This document shows positions 43,056 to 52,679 of a DNA stretch of 64,000 nt, one piece after another (the stretch's first letter is position 1; every line of letters begins with the position of its first letter). Made by a program: the position numbers and the translations under genes. The notes under the pieces are model-generated. The model was given only the letters and a program-made list of their open reading frames with translations, did no database searches and was not told the origin of the DNA. The stretch covers positions 38,089 through 102,088 of the forward strand of contig CAJXSK010000005.1 in assembly GCA_913061075.1 (NCBI GenBank), in the 5' to 3' direction. This DNA is from an uncultured Piscirickettsiaceae bacterium (GTDB lineage Bacteria > Pseudomonadota > Gammaproteobacteria > Methylococcales > Cycloclasticaceae).

Positions 43056-43529
43056 TTAGTTTGTACGTTCATAGACGGATTGGAGAATAACTTGGGTGCC
43101 AGGTGAGGCCCCTTGCGCCCTAGCAGTCACTCGAAAAGTTGAAACGGTACCCACTTGAGAGACTTTTTTGATTACATACCGTGGATCCGCAATGCCAAAA
43201 TTGGCCCCAAAATTAAGGTTTGTTCCTGCGGAATTAACGCCAGACCATAAAGCAGGGGCGGTGTAATCAGCTGGTTCAGGGTGTGCAATATCCAATAGCC
43301 CACCTACACCCGGGTAAGTGGGAGCGGGAGACATGATGTAATTTTCAGCTTGTAGTAGGGTTGCTTCCGCAGCCTGAAAAGCCACATTCTGATCGCGATA
43401 GTTGCCCGACATCTTTTCTTCAAGTATCGTTGATTGCATGCCCGACACGCCAAGTAAGGTAAGCAGTATCAGCATAATTAGACTGACAAATAATACAGCA
43501 CCGGATTGTTTTTTATGATTAATTTTCAT
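43056..43529 (-). CDS. pilX: Type IV minor pilin PilX
   Basis: The PilX_N-type N-terminus KKQSGAVLFVSLIMLILLTLLGVSGMQST and its operon position between pilW and pilY1. Confidence 0.8.
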   Translation of the reverse strand: MKINHKKQSGAVLFVSLIMLILLTLLGVSGMQSTILEEKMSGNYRDQNVAFQAAEATLLQAENYIMSPAPTYPGVGGLLDIAHPEPADYTAPALWSGVNSAGTNLNFGANFGIADPRYVIKKVSQVGTVSTFRVTARAQGASPGTQVILQSVYERTN

Positions 43530-43536
43530 TTGTGAG

Positions 43537-44261
43537 CTATCCGCGAAGATTTCTAAGGGCTATGGTTGTGGAAAAAACGCGCCTGATTTTTCTATCTACG
43601 GCGGGCGGGGTATACGCCGCTCCAAACACAGAAACAGGGTTAGCTTGTTGAGTTAGGTTGTCTTCGATGGTCATCGCAACAAGGCTTATTCTGACGCTGA
43701 CAACTTGGGCCATATTTAGACCAACCGTGCCGGCAGGAACATAATAGTTAGGGCTGCCATCAGTGTCGGTATCTTCCCCGTATAAAATTTGTAAGCTTTC
43801 AATACCTTCAACAAGCTCACCTGCATTGTTATATAAAGATGGTAGCCCGCTGGCTCCGGCTTGTATTGAGAATGTTTGTGCTGGATCAACGGATGTGGCC
43901 GATGCAGGTGCGGCACAAGGAACAACAGTAGATTTTATGACGGTGATGGTGTCCGATATAACGGTTGCCCCATAAATAACTGTTGACTGATTATTTAAAC
44001 CTGTGTGGCATTAGGCATAAGAAAAGTTGCATCTAAACAAGCTTTGTAATTCGCTTCCCTAACATCACGGGCGATAAACTCTATTGCAAATCGGCCATTC
44101 TCCTGTAAACGAGAGAGGTTTTCAGTGACACGGTATGTTTGTTGGTTTGATGTAAAAACCTGTATAACGCCGGCGGTGAGAAACATTCCTAACACCAATG
44201 CGACCATTAATTCGACCAATGTAAAGCCGGATTGATTGTGTTTTTTATGCATGGCAATCAT
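43537..44261 (-). pseudogene. pilW: Type IV minor pilin PilW, split by a -1 frame change (N-terminal 88 codons at 43995-44261; C-terminal ~156 codons at 43537-44010 in another frame)
   Basis: The N-terminal part carries the prepilin motif QSGFTLVELMVALVLGMF and stops at TAA 43995-43997. My hand translation of the next frame gives ...LQILYGEDTDTDGSPNYYVPAGTV...VVSVRISLVAMT...DRKIRRVFSTTIALRNLRG*, a typical PilW C-terminus. That frame has no start codon, so it is absent from the ORF track. Confidence 0.75.
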
Positions 44262-44773
44262 TGTATGACGGCAGTAGTTACGAATCGTTTTAAGGCACCA
44301 TTTTTATCATCTGCCCACCAAATTTTTACAGCGTAAACAGAGCCGAGGCCATCACAGGCATGTAGTGCCGCGCTTGCTCCATCGTTAAATGTGCTATCAA
44401 GACAGATAATTGTTTGCCCGCTAGGCAAAATCGTTGAAATGGATCCGTTATAGGCCGCCGATGTCCACTCATACATATCATTCCCAGCCATAGCAGCAGG
44501 TGTGCAGCCTGTTGTGGTTGCGCAGTTCGCATCAATGGCGGAAGCTGGTCGGTTGTATAAACCTGCAGCATAGGCAACAGGGTTAGCACGAGCACGGTCA
44601 ATCATGTCATAAGCAAATAATGTAGCTTGGCTCCTTAAGTAGGCGCTATGGTTGTTTTTAACGCCGGTTAATTGCAAACCGGCAATGCCAAGAATACCAA
44701 TAGCCAGTACTAGCACGGCTACCATGACTTCTACGATTGAGAAGCCTTTAGAGTTTTTTATAGTTATGGGCAT
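44258..44773 (-). CDS. pilV: Type IV minor pilin PilV
   Basis: Prepilin motif SKGFSIVEVMVAVLVLAIGILGIAGLQ (PilV-type) and its operon position. Confidence 0.82.
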   Translation of the reverse strand: MPITIKNSKGFSIVEVMVAVLVLAIGILGIAGLQLTGVKNNHSAYLRSQATLFAYDMIDRARANPVAYAAGLYNRPASAIDANCATTTGCTPAAMAGNDMYEWTSAAYNGSISTILPSGQTIICLDSTFNDGASAALHACDGLGSVYAVKIWWADDKNGALKRFVTTAVIQ

Positions 44774-45342
44774 GATGCAGTACCAGTTATGACTCTAGGC
44801 CTTCCTAAGGTGTTAATTGTGATGCTTCTAGATTTTGTTATGTCTGCAGCATTTGAGCAGAGCCTAAATGTGTCATTGTCAAAGGGGCCAGAGCCTTGGG
44901 GGAGACCACTTGGAAGATAAGCTAACCAGTTGGCGTAGTTATTTCCTGTTTGTAGGGTAAAATTATTAGGTAGAGGGCCATAGGTTCTTAATAAGCAATC
45001 TTCTCCTGTCTCGCATAGATTCGCATCGCCATCATCATTGAAAGTACCATTATTATTAACATCGGTAAAAACGTCCCAACCAGCGCTCCACACGTTATTT
45101 ACCCCACCTTTTTGTAACACAGTCACTTGCGCACCGCGCTTAACCGCTTCACTACGAGCCATATTTAGGGCAGTCGTAAGGTTGTTTGCATTGGTTATGG
45201 TTTGATTTTTTTGAACAAATTGTTGAAAACTGGGTACACCAATAGCTAGAACAATGCCTATGATAATAACTGTTGTTAAGAGCTCTATAAGGTTAAAGCC
45301 TTTTTGTTTGATGATCAGGGTTTTGTAAAAAGGGGTTTTCAT
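44764..45342 (-). CDS. fimU: Type IV minor pilin of the FimT/FimU (GspH-like) family
   Basis: Prepilin motif QKGFNLIELLTTVIIIGIVLAIGVPSF and a GspH-like body. It is the first gene of the operon. Confidence 0.75.
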   Translation of the reverse strand: MKTPFYKTLIIKQKGFNLIELLTTVIIIGIVLAIGVPSFQQFVQKNQTITNANNLTTALNMARSEAVKRGAQVTVLQKGGVNNVWSAGWDVFTDVNNNGTFNDDGDANLCETGEDCLLRTYGPLPNNFTLQTGNNYANWLAYLPSGLPQGSGPFDNDTFRLCSNAADITKSRSITINTLGRPRVITGTASCP

Positions 45343-45421
45343 AGTTTGGAGCCTAACAGGTTTTTTTTGAAGGGCTAGTCAAAATCGACGAATGGTATTG
45401 TTTGACGGATAAGCGGCATAT

Positions 45422-46534
45422 TTATTCAGTATCAATGAGATGAATAGTGTCTTCATCCAATCCTGGTGCGGATTCGGAGCCCAGTTTAATCATTAAGCGT
45501 ACTTCGTTGCTTGAGTCGGCATAATGTAAAGCGTCTTCGTAACTGACGTGGCCACCCAAGTATAGATCGTAGAGTGCTTGGTCGAAGGTTTGCATGCCTT
45601 GTTCTTTTGACTTTTTCATTAACTCTTTGAGTTTATGCACTTCACCTTTTCTAATAAAGTCGGATGCTAATGGCGTGTTAATGAGTATTTCGATAACTGC
45701 TTTACGACCTTTGCCGTCTATTGTGGGTACGAGTTGTTGGGCGATCAAGGCCTTTAAATTGAGAGATAAATCCATAAACAGTTGTTTATGCGCTTCTTCT
45801 GGGAAGAAGTTGATGATGCGATCTAATGCTTGGTTGGCGTTATTAGCATGGAGTGTTGATAGGCATAAATGACCGGTTTCTGCGAATGTTATGGCATGTT
45901 GCATTGTTTCACGGGAACGGATTTCGCCAATTAAAATAACATCGGGCGCTTGGCGTAAGGTGTTTTGTAGGGCTATTTGGTAAGACTCGGTATCGATTCC
46001 CACTTCGCGTTGAGTAATAACGCAACCGGCGTGGTCATGAATAAATTCCACAGGGTCTTCAATGGTAATAATATGGCCGCTACTGTTTCTATTGCGGTGA
46101 CCAACCATGGCTGCAAGTGAGGTTGACTTACCAGTGCCTGTTGCTCCAACAAAAATAATAAGGCCACGTTTAGTCATGGCTAATTCATCGAGAATAGGCG
46201 GTATGCCCAGTTGTTCAACAGTAGGAATTTCACTCTCAATACGACGTAATACCATGCCGCAATCATCTTTTTGCACAAAAGCGCTGACACGGAAACGACC
46301 AATGCTTGGTCGTTGAATAGCAAACTGACATTCTTTTGTTTCTTCAAATTCCGCCAACTGTTTTTCATCCATGATGTCATGAACAATGTCTTGCGCTTGG
46401 CTTGAGCTTAAGCGCGTTTTAGAAACGGCCTGAAGTACGCCGTTCACCTTAATAGTGGGGGACCAGCCAGATGTGATGAATAAATCGGAGGCCTTTTTAT
46501 GGACCATTAATTGTAATAGTGCATCAAAATCCAT
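45422..46534 (-). CDS. pilU: Type IV pilus retraction ATPase paralogue PilU
   Basis: PilT-family ATPase with Walker A GATGTGKST, Asp box, Walker B and His box (LSTLHANNA). It lies downstream of pilT and has the longer PilU-type C-terminus. Confidence 0.88.
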   Translation of the reverse strand: MDFDALLQLMVHKKASDLFITSGWSPTIKVNGVLQAVSKTRLSSSQAQDIVHDIMDEKQLAEFEETKECQFAIQRPSIGRFRVSAFVQKDDCGMVLRRIESEIPTVEQLGIPPILDELAMTKRGLIIFVGATGTGKSTSLAAMVGHRNRNSSGHIITIEDPVEFIHDHAGCVITQREVGIDTESYQIALQNTLRQAPDVILIGEIRSRETMQHAITFAETGHLCLSTLHANNANQALDRIINFFPEEAHKQLFMDLSLNLKALIAQQLVPTIDGKGRKAVIEILINTPLASDFIRKGEVHKLKELMKKSKEQGMQTFDQALYDLYLGGHVSYEDALHYADSSNEVRLMIKLGSESAPGLDEDTIHLIDTE

Positions 46535-46557
46535 TTTAGTTCCTGTAAGTATTAATT

Positions 46558-47592
46558 TTAGAATTGATCTTTATTTGCCGCTTTTAAGCGCGCATCTTGC
46601 CTTGAAATAAGGCCATTTTGCACCAATTCAGTCAAATGCTGATCTAATGTTTGCATGCCATCTTTTCTACTGGTTTGAATAGTGGAATACATTTGTGCGA
46701 TTTTGTCTTCGCGAATTAAGTTACGAATCGCCGGTGTGCCCGTCATGATTTCCCAAGCGGCCACTCGGCCACCGCCAACACGCTTGATTAGTGTTTGTGC
46801 AATAACGGCTCTAAGGGACTCCGATAGCATGGAGCGTACCATGCCTTTTTCGCCTTCTGGAAATACATCGATAATACGGTCAATGGTTTTAGCGGCTGAA
46901 CTGGTATGCAATGTACCAAACACTAAATGACCTGTTTCGGCAGCGGTTAAGGCCAATCGAATGGTTTCTAAATCTCGCATTTCGCCAACAAGAATAATAT
47001 CTGGATCTTCACGTAACGCAACGCGCAAGGCTTCACTAAATCCATGCGTATGCTTGTGAACTTCACGTTGGTTAATGAGGCATTTTTTACTTTGGTGCAC
47101 AAATTCGATAGGGTCTTCAATCGTTAGAATGTGCTCATAGTTATTATCATTCTTATAATCCATTAGAGCGGCGAGGGTTGTGGATTTTCCTGAGCCTGTT
47201 GGCCCGGTTACCAGCACAATACCCCTTGGCACGTTGATGATTTCTTTAAATGATTGTGGGCAGCCTAAGTCTTCCAATGTCAGAATATCGACAGGAATGG
47301 TTCTAAATACGGCAGCGGCACCACGGTCTTGATTGAATGCGTTGACACGGAAACGAGCAATACCCGGCAGTTCGAATGAAAAATCGACCTCTAAAAATTC
47401 TTCAAAATCTCGACGTTGTTTGTCATTCATAATGTCGTAAACGAGGCTATGAACTTCTTTATGTTCTAATTCAGGCATATTAATGCGTCGAATGTCTCCA
47501 TCAACACGTATCATGGGTGGCATGCCAGCTGAAAGGTGCATATCAGATGCGTTATTTTTTACCCCAAAGGCGAGTAAGTCTGAAATATCCAT
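46558..47592 (-). CDS. pilT: Type IV pilus retraction (twitching motility) ATPase PilT
   Basis: 344 aa with ASDMHLSAG, Walker A GPTGSGKST, GTLHTSSAAKTIDRI, and the AIRNLIRE motif specific to PilT. Confidence 0.93.
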   Translation of the reverse strand: MDISDLLAFGVKNNASDMHLSAGMPPMIRVDGDIRRINMPELEHKEVHSLVYDIMNDKQRRDFEEFLEVDFSFELPGIARFRVNAFNQDRGAAAVFRTIPVDILTLEDLGCPQSFKEIINVPRGIVLVTGPTGSGKSTTLAALMDYKNDNNYEHILTIEDPIEFVHQSKKCLINQREVHKHTHGFSEALRVALREDPDIILVGEMRDLETIRLALTAAETGHLVFGTLHTSSAAKTIDRIIDVFPEGEKGMVRSMLSESLRAVIAQTLIKRVGGGRVAAWEIMTGTPAIRNLIREDKIAQMYSTIQTSRKDGMQTLDQHLTELVQNGLISRQDARLKAANKDQF

Positions 47593-47711
47593 TTAGTTAT
47601 CCAATTCGTTTAGTCAAAAACAAGGTTCAATAGGAGATATATTAGTTGTGACAAACTTAAAATATCGCTAACTTACCCACTTGCAATAAAGTATAGACAC
47701 GAAAAAAAATT

Positions 47712-48398
47712 ATGCCTCGTTTATTACGCCGTTATTTTGCACAGCTAGATAAGATCTCAACATTAATATCAGAGAGCCGAAATATGGGTGTGGTTCGGTT
47801 ATTGGCGGTAAGCAAAACGAAACCGGTTGAAGATATATATACCTTATATAAGGCTGGACAACGTGATTTTGGCGAAAACTATTTGCAAGAGGCATTGCAA
47901 AAACAACACGCATTAGCTCATTTGGCGATTAATTGGCATTTTATTGGGCCGATACAATCAAATAAAACACGTGATATTGCCAACCATTTTCAATGGGTTC
48001 ATAGTGTTGATAGGTTGAAAGTTGCTCAACGTTTGAATCAACAAAGGCCTGATTATATGCCACCATTAAATATTTGCTTGCAAGTCAATGTGGATGTAGA
48101 AGATAGCAAATCTGGATTATTGCTTGAAGATTTAGACGCTGCGATAAAGCCAATGTTGGCATTTAAAAAATTGCGGATTAGAGGCTTAATGGCAATTCCA
48201 ACGTCTAATCAGTCTATTGAAAATCAACGAAGAGCATTTAGGAAACTGAGAATGGCTAAAGATAAGGCGAATGAACGATTGGGCTTGAATATGGATACGT
48301 TATCAATGGGCATGAGTAATGACCTAGAAGCAGCGATTGATGAAGGGGCGACAATCGTGCGAATTGGAACGGCGATTTTTGGCAGTAGAGCATCATGA
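47712..48398 (+). CDS. yggS: YggS-family pyridoxal-phosphate homeostasis protein
   Basis: LLAVSKTKP (PLP Lys), HFIGPIQSNK, and the TLSMGMSNDLEAAI..G.T.VRIGTAIFG C-terminus. It is divergent from pilT. Confidence 0.9.
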   Translation: MPRLLRRYFAQLDKISTLISESRNMGVVRLLAVSKTKPVEDIYTLYKAGQRDFGENYLQEALQKQHALAHLAINWHFIGPIQSNKTRDIANHFQWVHSVDRLKVAQRLNQQRPDYMPPLNICLQVNVDVEDSKSGLLLEDLDAAIKPMLAFKKLRIRGLMAIPTSNQSIENQRRAFRKLRMAKDKANERLGLNMDTLSMGMSNDLEAAIDEGATIVRIGTAIFGSRAS

Positions 48399-48455
48399 CG
48401 GACGCGTTCTTAAGGTAGAATTAAAGTTAAAATTTTTTAATGGTATAAAGTTGTT

Positions 48456-49283
48456 ATGGATATTCAAAAGATAGGGTTTGTAGGCGGCGGTAACATGGCA
48501 AGTAGCCTTATAGGTGGGCTGATTGGTAATGGTTATCCGGCGGATAAAATTACGGTGTCAGATTTAGATGCTGATAAGGTGCAATATTTGGCCGATACGT
48601 TTGGTGTAAATATAGCGTTAGGTAGTGCCGAACTTGCTAGTGGTTCAAGCATACTTGTTTTGGCAGTTAAGCCTCAGCATATACAGGTCGTGTCCGAACA
48701 AATTGTCGATGCTGTTCAAGCCAATAAGCCTGTCGTTGTGTCTATTGCTGCGGGTATTCGAGAAGAATCATTAGAGCGATGGCTTGGAGGCTCTGTAGCG
48801 ATTGTTCGCTGCATGCCGAATACGCCTGCGCTAGTGAAGGCAGGAGCAACAGGCCTACACGCAAATAATTTTGTTAGTACAGAACAAAAAGACCAAACAG
48901 AATCTTTATTAAGAGCTGTGGGTGTCACTGTTTGGGTTAAAAAAGAAAGCGACTTAGATGCTGTTACAGCGCTATCTGGCAGTGGACCGGCCTATTTTTT
49001 CTTAGTAATGGAAGCGTTAGAAAAAGCGGCTATTGATGCGGGATTAGATCCAAAAACGGCACAGTTACTGACGCAAGAAACAGCGTTGGGTGCTGCAAAA
49101 ATGGCGCTTCAATCCAGTGAGTCTACTGAAACATTAAGGTGCCGTGTTACTTCCCCAGGCGGAACGACGGAAAGAGCCATTGCAGTGATGGAGTCGGGAG
49201 GCCTAAGAGATGTTTTGCATGATGCCGTATTAGCTGCTCGGGAACGTTCAGTTGAATTGTCTGACGAATTAGGGAGAATCTGA
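48456..49283 (+). CDS. proC: Pyrroline-5-carboxylate reductase
   Basis: IGFVGGGNMA Rossmann motif and C-terminal VTSPGGTTERAI. Confidence 0.93.
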   Translation: MDIQKIGFVGGGNMASSLIGGLIGNGYPADKITVSDLDADKVQYLADTFGVNIALGSAELASGSSILVLAVKPQHIQVVSEQIVDAVQANKPVVVSIAAGIREESLERWLGGSVAIVRCMPNTPALVKAGATGLHANNFVSTEQKDQTESLLRAVGVTVWVKKESDLDAVTALSGSGPAYFFLVMEALEKAAIDAGLDPKTAQLLTQETALGAAKMALQSSESTETLRCRVTSPGGTTERAIAVMESGGLRDVLHDAVLAARERSVELSDELGRI

Positions 49284-49843
49284 TGCCGGCTGGCTACTTG
49301 TCAAACCCCGCTATTTTCTTGGTTAATGCATTAGTGGGCGCGTATATTTTTGTTTTAATTCTTAGAGTATTGTTGCAACTATCTGGGGCCAGTTCGAGTA
49401 ATCCAATATCTGCGTTTATTATTAAGGTAACGCGATACCCGTTGAATATACTTCGGCCAGTGTTTCCAACCATAAAGAACATAAATTTGGCGGCGATTGT
49501 ATTAATAATTGTCTTACAAATGCTGATAGGGTTCGTTATGTTGGCTAGCTTGCCGGGTGCAAATAGTTGGGCTATTTTTATTTGGAGCATTTCTGAAATT
49601 ATCGTTCAAGTTATTAACGTGTTGACCTACAGTATATTTATCTCAATCATTTTGAGCTGGATTAACCCTGGGGTGCAGAACCCGATTACGGAGCTACTCT
49701 ATAAAATTACCGAGCCAATATTGGCGCCCTGTCAGCGCCTGATACCACCTATGGGTGGCTTAGACTTAAGTCCCATGGTTGCGCTGTTAGGGTTGCAAGT
49801 GTTAAAAATGTTATTAATTCCCCCTTTGCAGGCATTAATGTAA
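49283..49843 (+). CDS. yggT: YggT-family integral membrane protein
   Basis: Duplicated YGGT hydrophobic repeats and the yggS-proC-yggT order. Confidence 0.85.
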   Translation: MPAGYLSNPAIFLVNALVGAYIFVLILRVLLQLSGASSSNPISAFIIKVTRYPLNILRPVFPTIKNINLAAIVLIIVLQMLIGFVMLASLPGANSWAIFIWSISEIIVQVINVLTYSIFISIILSWINPGVQNPITELLYKITEPILAPCQRLIPPMGGLDLSPMVALLGLQVLKMLLIPPLQALM

Positions 49844-49980
49844 GCGTTTGAATTGCTTTAAATTGTCAGCGTTAAAAAGGTAGGCTTTAGCTGCTCAATG
49901 TTTTTTTAAAATAAACGGCTATACTCAATAAAAATAATAAACAGTTTGAATGGTGCACCGATGGCGCTAACAAAGGGAAT

Positions 49981-51912
49981 GTGAGTATGGCAAAACAATT
50001 TGATACCGAACTTAAAAGTTATGACTTATGGAAGCAGCATGCAGCTAAGTCTATACATGCCTATCAATCATGGCTAGATGACGTGGATCTCAGCGACACA
50101 GACGTTGAGATGATGTTGATTAAAAACCTACGTTTGTTAGAAACAAATAATATTACGGTTGCCTTCGCAGCAGAATTTTCTCGTGGGAAAACTGAATTAA
50201 TTAATGCACTGTTCTTTTCATCAACGGGTGTGCGATTACTCCCGTCCAGCCCTGGTCGCACCACTATGTGCCCTACAGAATTATTCCATGATTCGACAGA
50301 AGCGCCTTATTTACGATTGTTGGATATTAAAACAAGGCTAAGTGAAAAGCCGATTGAGAGTTTTAAAAAAGACCCAAAAAAATGGACTCACATTGAATTG
50401 GATTGTGATTCTCCAGAGCAAATGCAAGAAGCGTTTCAAGAATTACTGAAAACAAAACTAGTTGGTTCGGATGTTGCCGAGCAGCTTGGCTTGCCAGGTA
50501 AGCCAAATGAGGAGGAAGTAGAAGTGCCTTGTTGGCGACATGCAATAATTAGTTTCCCTCATCCTTTGCTTAAAAGCGGGCTCACTATATTGGATACGCC
50601 TGGGCTAAATGCACTAGGTTCTGAACCTGAACTCACATTAAGTATGTTGCCAAATGCACAAGCGATGTTTTTTGTCTTGGCAGCTGATACGGGCGTGACA
50701 CAAAGCGATATGGAAATGTGGGATCAACATATTCAGTCTTATAAAAGCAAACACCCGAATGGTTTGGCCGTTGTATTAAATAAAATTGATACATTGCAAG
50801 ATGATTTAATGAGCGATGATGAGGTGTCTGCGCTTGTTCATAAACAAACAAGTGAGACAGCTAGATTGCTAGATTTGGATGAACAGTCTATTTTTCCGAT
50901 ATCTGCTAAGCAAGCACTGGTGGGCAAGGTTAAAAACGATGAAAAAATGTTTGAGCTTAGTCGACTAGGTGCCTTAGAGACATTTTTATCAGAAAGGGTG
51001 ATGCATTCTCAAAAAGATATTTTACAAAGAACTGTCATTGATGAAACGCTGAATAGAACGCAAGCGTCAGAAAAGCTGATTAAAAATAGAATAATTAATG
51101 CGTCTAAACAACTAGAAGAGTTGGATTTAATTTTAAATAAAAGTGAAGAAACGACGGAAGAGTTAATTTTTCAAACTAGAAATGAACAAACTGCATATAA
51201 AAAGAACCTCGTTCACTTAAAAACTAGTCGTCATTTGTTTAATACCCAAGTTACTGAGTTGTTGAATAACATCAGCTCAACAAGGGCAGAAAGCATTGTT
51301 AGAGATGGTAGCGCGCAGATGATTGGTAGCTGGACAAGTATGGGTATCCGTGAGGGAATGACGAACACGTTTGATGGTTTAAATACGTTATTAAATGATA
51401 CGATTTCTTCTACTAACGCGAGTGTGCAGCTATTAAATTCAATTTATAAGCGCTTTAGAGATGAGCACGACTTCAAATCAGATCAAGGAAAGACCTTTGA
51501 TGTTTCGCAATACCAACACGAGCTAGAGCAGCTTTTAGAAGAAGGAATTGAGTTTAGTCAAAGTTCAGCCGCTGCTTTAACGGAGCAAAATGCGTTAGCG
51601 AAAAGGTTTGTTAATACATTGGGCAATAGTGCTATTCAAATTTTTAAGTCAGCACATGCTGATGTTAAAAAATGGCAAACGTCTGCTATGGCACCGTTAA
51701 TTTCTGAAGTGAATGAAAAGAAATCCGTCATGGAAAGTCGTTTGGAGAACTTGCGAAGTGTTGCTCAAGGTAAGGAGGCACTGGAAGTGAAAATGGAAGA
51801 GGTTAAGACGCTTCAGTCCGTAGCAGAAAAACAGCTTGAAGCATTAGTGGAGATAATGGGGTCGCTTAAAGCCCCAATTGAAAAAATTGTTGAGGAGCCC
51901 GCTGTTATCTAA
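49981..51912 (+). CDS. Bacterial dynamin-like GTPase (dynamin-family protein)
   Basis: G1 AEFSRGKTELINAL, G3 ILDTPGLNA and G4 VLNKID, followed by a roughly 400-aa helical/coiled-coil stalk. The start may be ATG 49987 (MAKQFD) rather than GTG 49981. Confidence 0.75.
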   Translation: MSMAKQFDTELKSYDLWKQHAAKSIHAYQSWLDDVDLSDTDVEMMLIKNLRLLETNNITVAFAAEFSRGKTELINALFFSSTGVRLLPSSPGRTTMCPTELFHDSTEAPYLRLLDIKTRLSEKPIESFKKDPKKWTHIELDCDSPEQMQEAFQELLKTKLVGSDVAEQLGLPGKPNEEEVEVPCWRHAIISFPHPLLKSGLTILDTPGLNALGSEPELTLSMLPNAQAMFFVLAADTGVTQSDMEMWDQHIQSYKSKHPNGLAVVLNKIDTLQDDLMSDDEVSALVHKQTSETARLLDLDEQSIFPISAKQALVGKVKNDEKMFELSRLGALETFLSERVMHSQKDILQRTVIDETLNRTQASEKLIKNRIINASKQLEELDLILNKSEETTEELIFQTRNEQTAYKKNLVHLKTSRHLFNTQVTELLNNISSTRAESIVRDGSAQMIGSWTSMGIREGMTNTFDGLNTLLNDTISSTNASVQLLNSIYKRFRDEHDFKSDQGKTFDVSQYQHELEQLLEEGIEFSQSSAAALTEQNALAKRFVNTLGNSAIQIFKSAHADVKKWQTSAMAPLISEVNEKKSVMESRLENLRSVAQGKEALEVKMEEVKTLQSVAEKQLEALVEIMGSLKAPIEKIVEEPAVI

Positions 51913-51955
51913 GCAGTGTCTTAATGTAAGTAAAATGGTATTGCTTGGTAAGTTA

Positions 51956-52648
51956 TCAAGCTTTTTTTACTTTAAACATAATATCCCAAACGCCATGTCC
52001 TAGGCGATGTCCACGCTGTTCAAATTTTGTGAGTGGGCGGTGTTCTGGGCGATCAACAAAATCAGTCGCAACTATGTTCTCAAAACTCTCATGCTTGTTC
52101 AGTGTATCTAGAATATGTTCAGCATAGTTTTCCCAATCAGTGGCAACGTGGAAGATACCGTCAATGCTTAATTTGTCGTGAATTAAGCTTAAAAATTTCT
52201 TTTGAACAATTCGTCGCTTATGGTGCCGTTTTTTATGCCAAGGGTCAGGGAAAAAAAGTTGTACGCAGTCTATGCAGTTGTTGGGTATAGCATTGTTTAG
52301 AACATCTATCGCATCACAGTCAAAAACACGGATATTGTTTAGCCCTTTTTCCTGAATCAAGCGGAGTAAATGCCCTACCCCAGGTTGGTGAACCTCGATA
52401 CCAATAAAGTTCTTTTCAGGTGACTTTTCAGCCATTTGCGCAAGGCTGGTGCCATTTCCAAAACCAATTTCTAACGTAACGGGGTTTTCGTTATTAAATA
52501 CAGTACTTGGCGATAACACCGTGTTGCTATCAAGACCAAAGAGTGGCCAGCCTGTTTTAAGGGCAGTTGTTTGTCCAGGCGTTAAGCGACCTTCACGTTT
52601 AACAAAGCTTTTTATTCTACGGAGCACAGGTTGATTCGTGTTTTGCAT
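51956..52648 (-). CDS. trmB: tRNA (guanine46-N7)-methyltransferase
   Basis: [11 protein letters not shown] motif and [14 protein letters not shown] signature. Confidence 0.92.
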   Translation of the reverse strand: MQNTNQPVLRRIKSFVKREGRLTPGQTTALKTGWPLFGLDSNTVLSPSTVFNNENPVTLEIGFGNGTSLAQMAEKSPEKNFIGIEVHQPGVGHLLRLIQEKGLNNIRVFDCDAIDVLNNAIPNNCIDCVQLFFPDPWHKKRHHKRRIVQKKFLSLIHDKLSIDGIFHVATDWENYAEHILDTLNKHESFENIVATDFVDRPEHRPLTKFEQRGHRLGHGVWDIMFKVKKA

Positions 52649-52679
52649 ACGAATTTACGAATTTTGGCGTATCGTGAGT

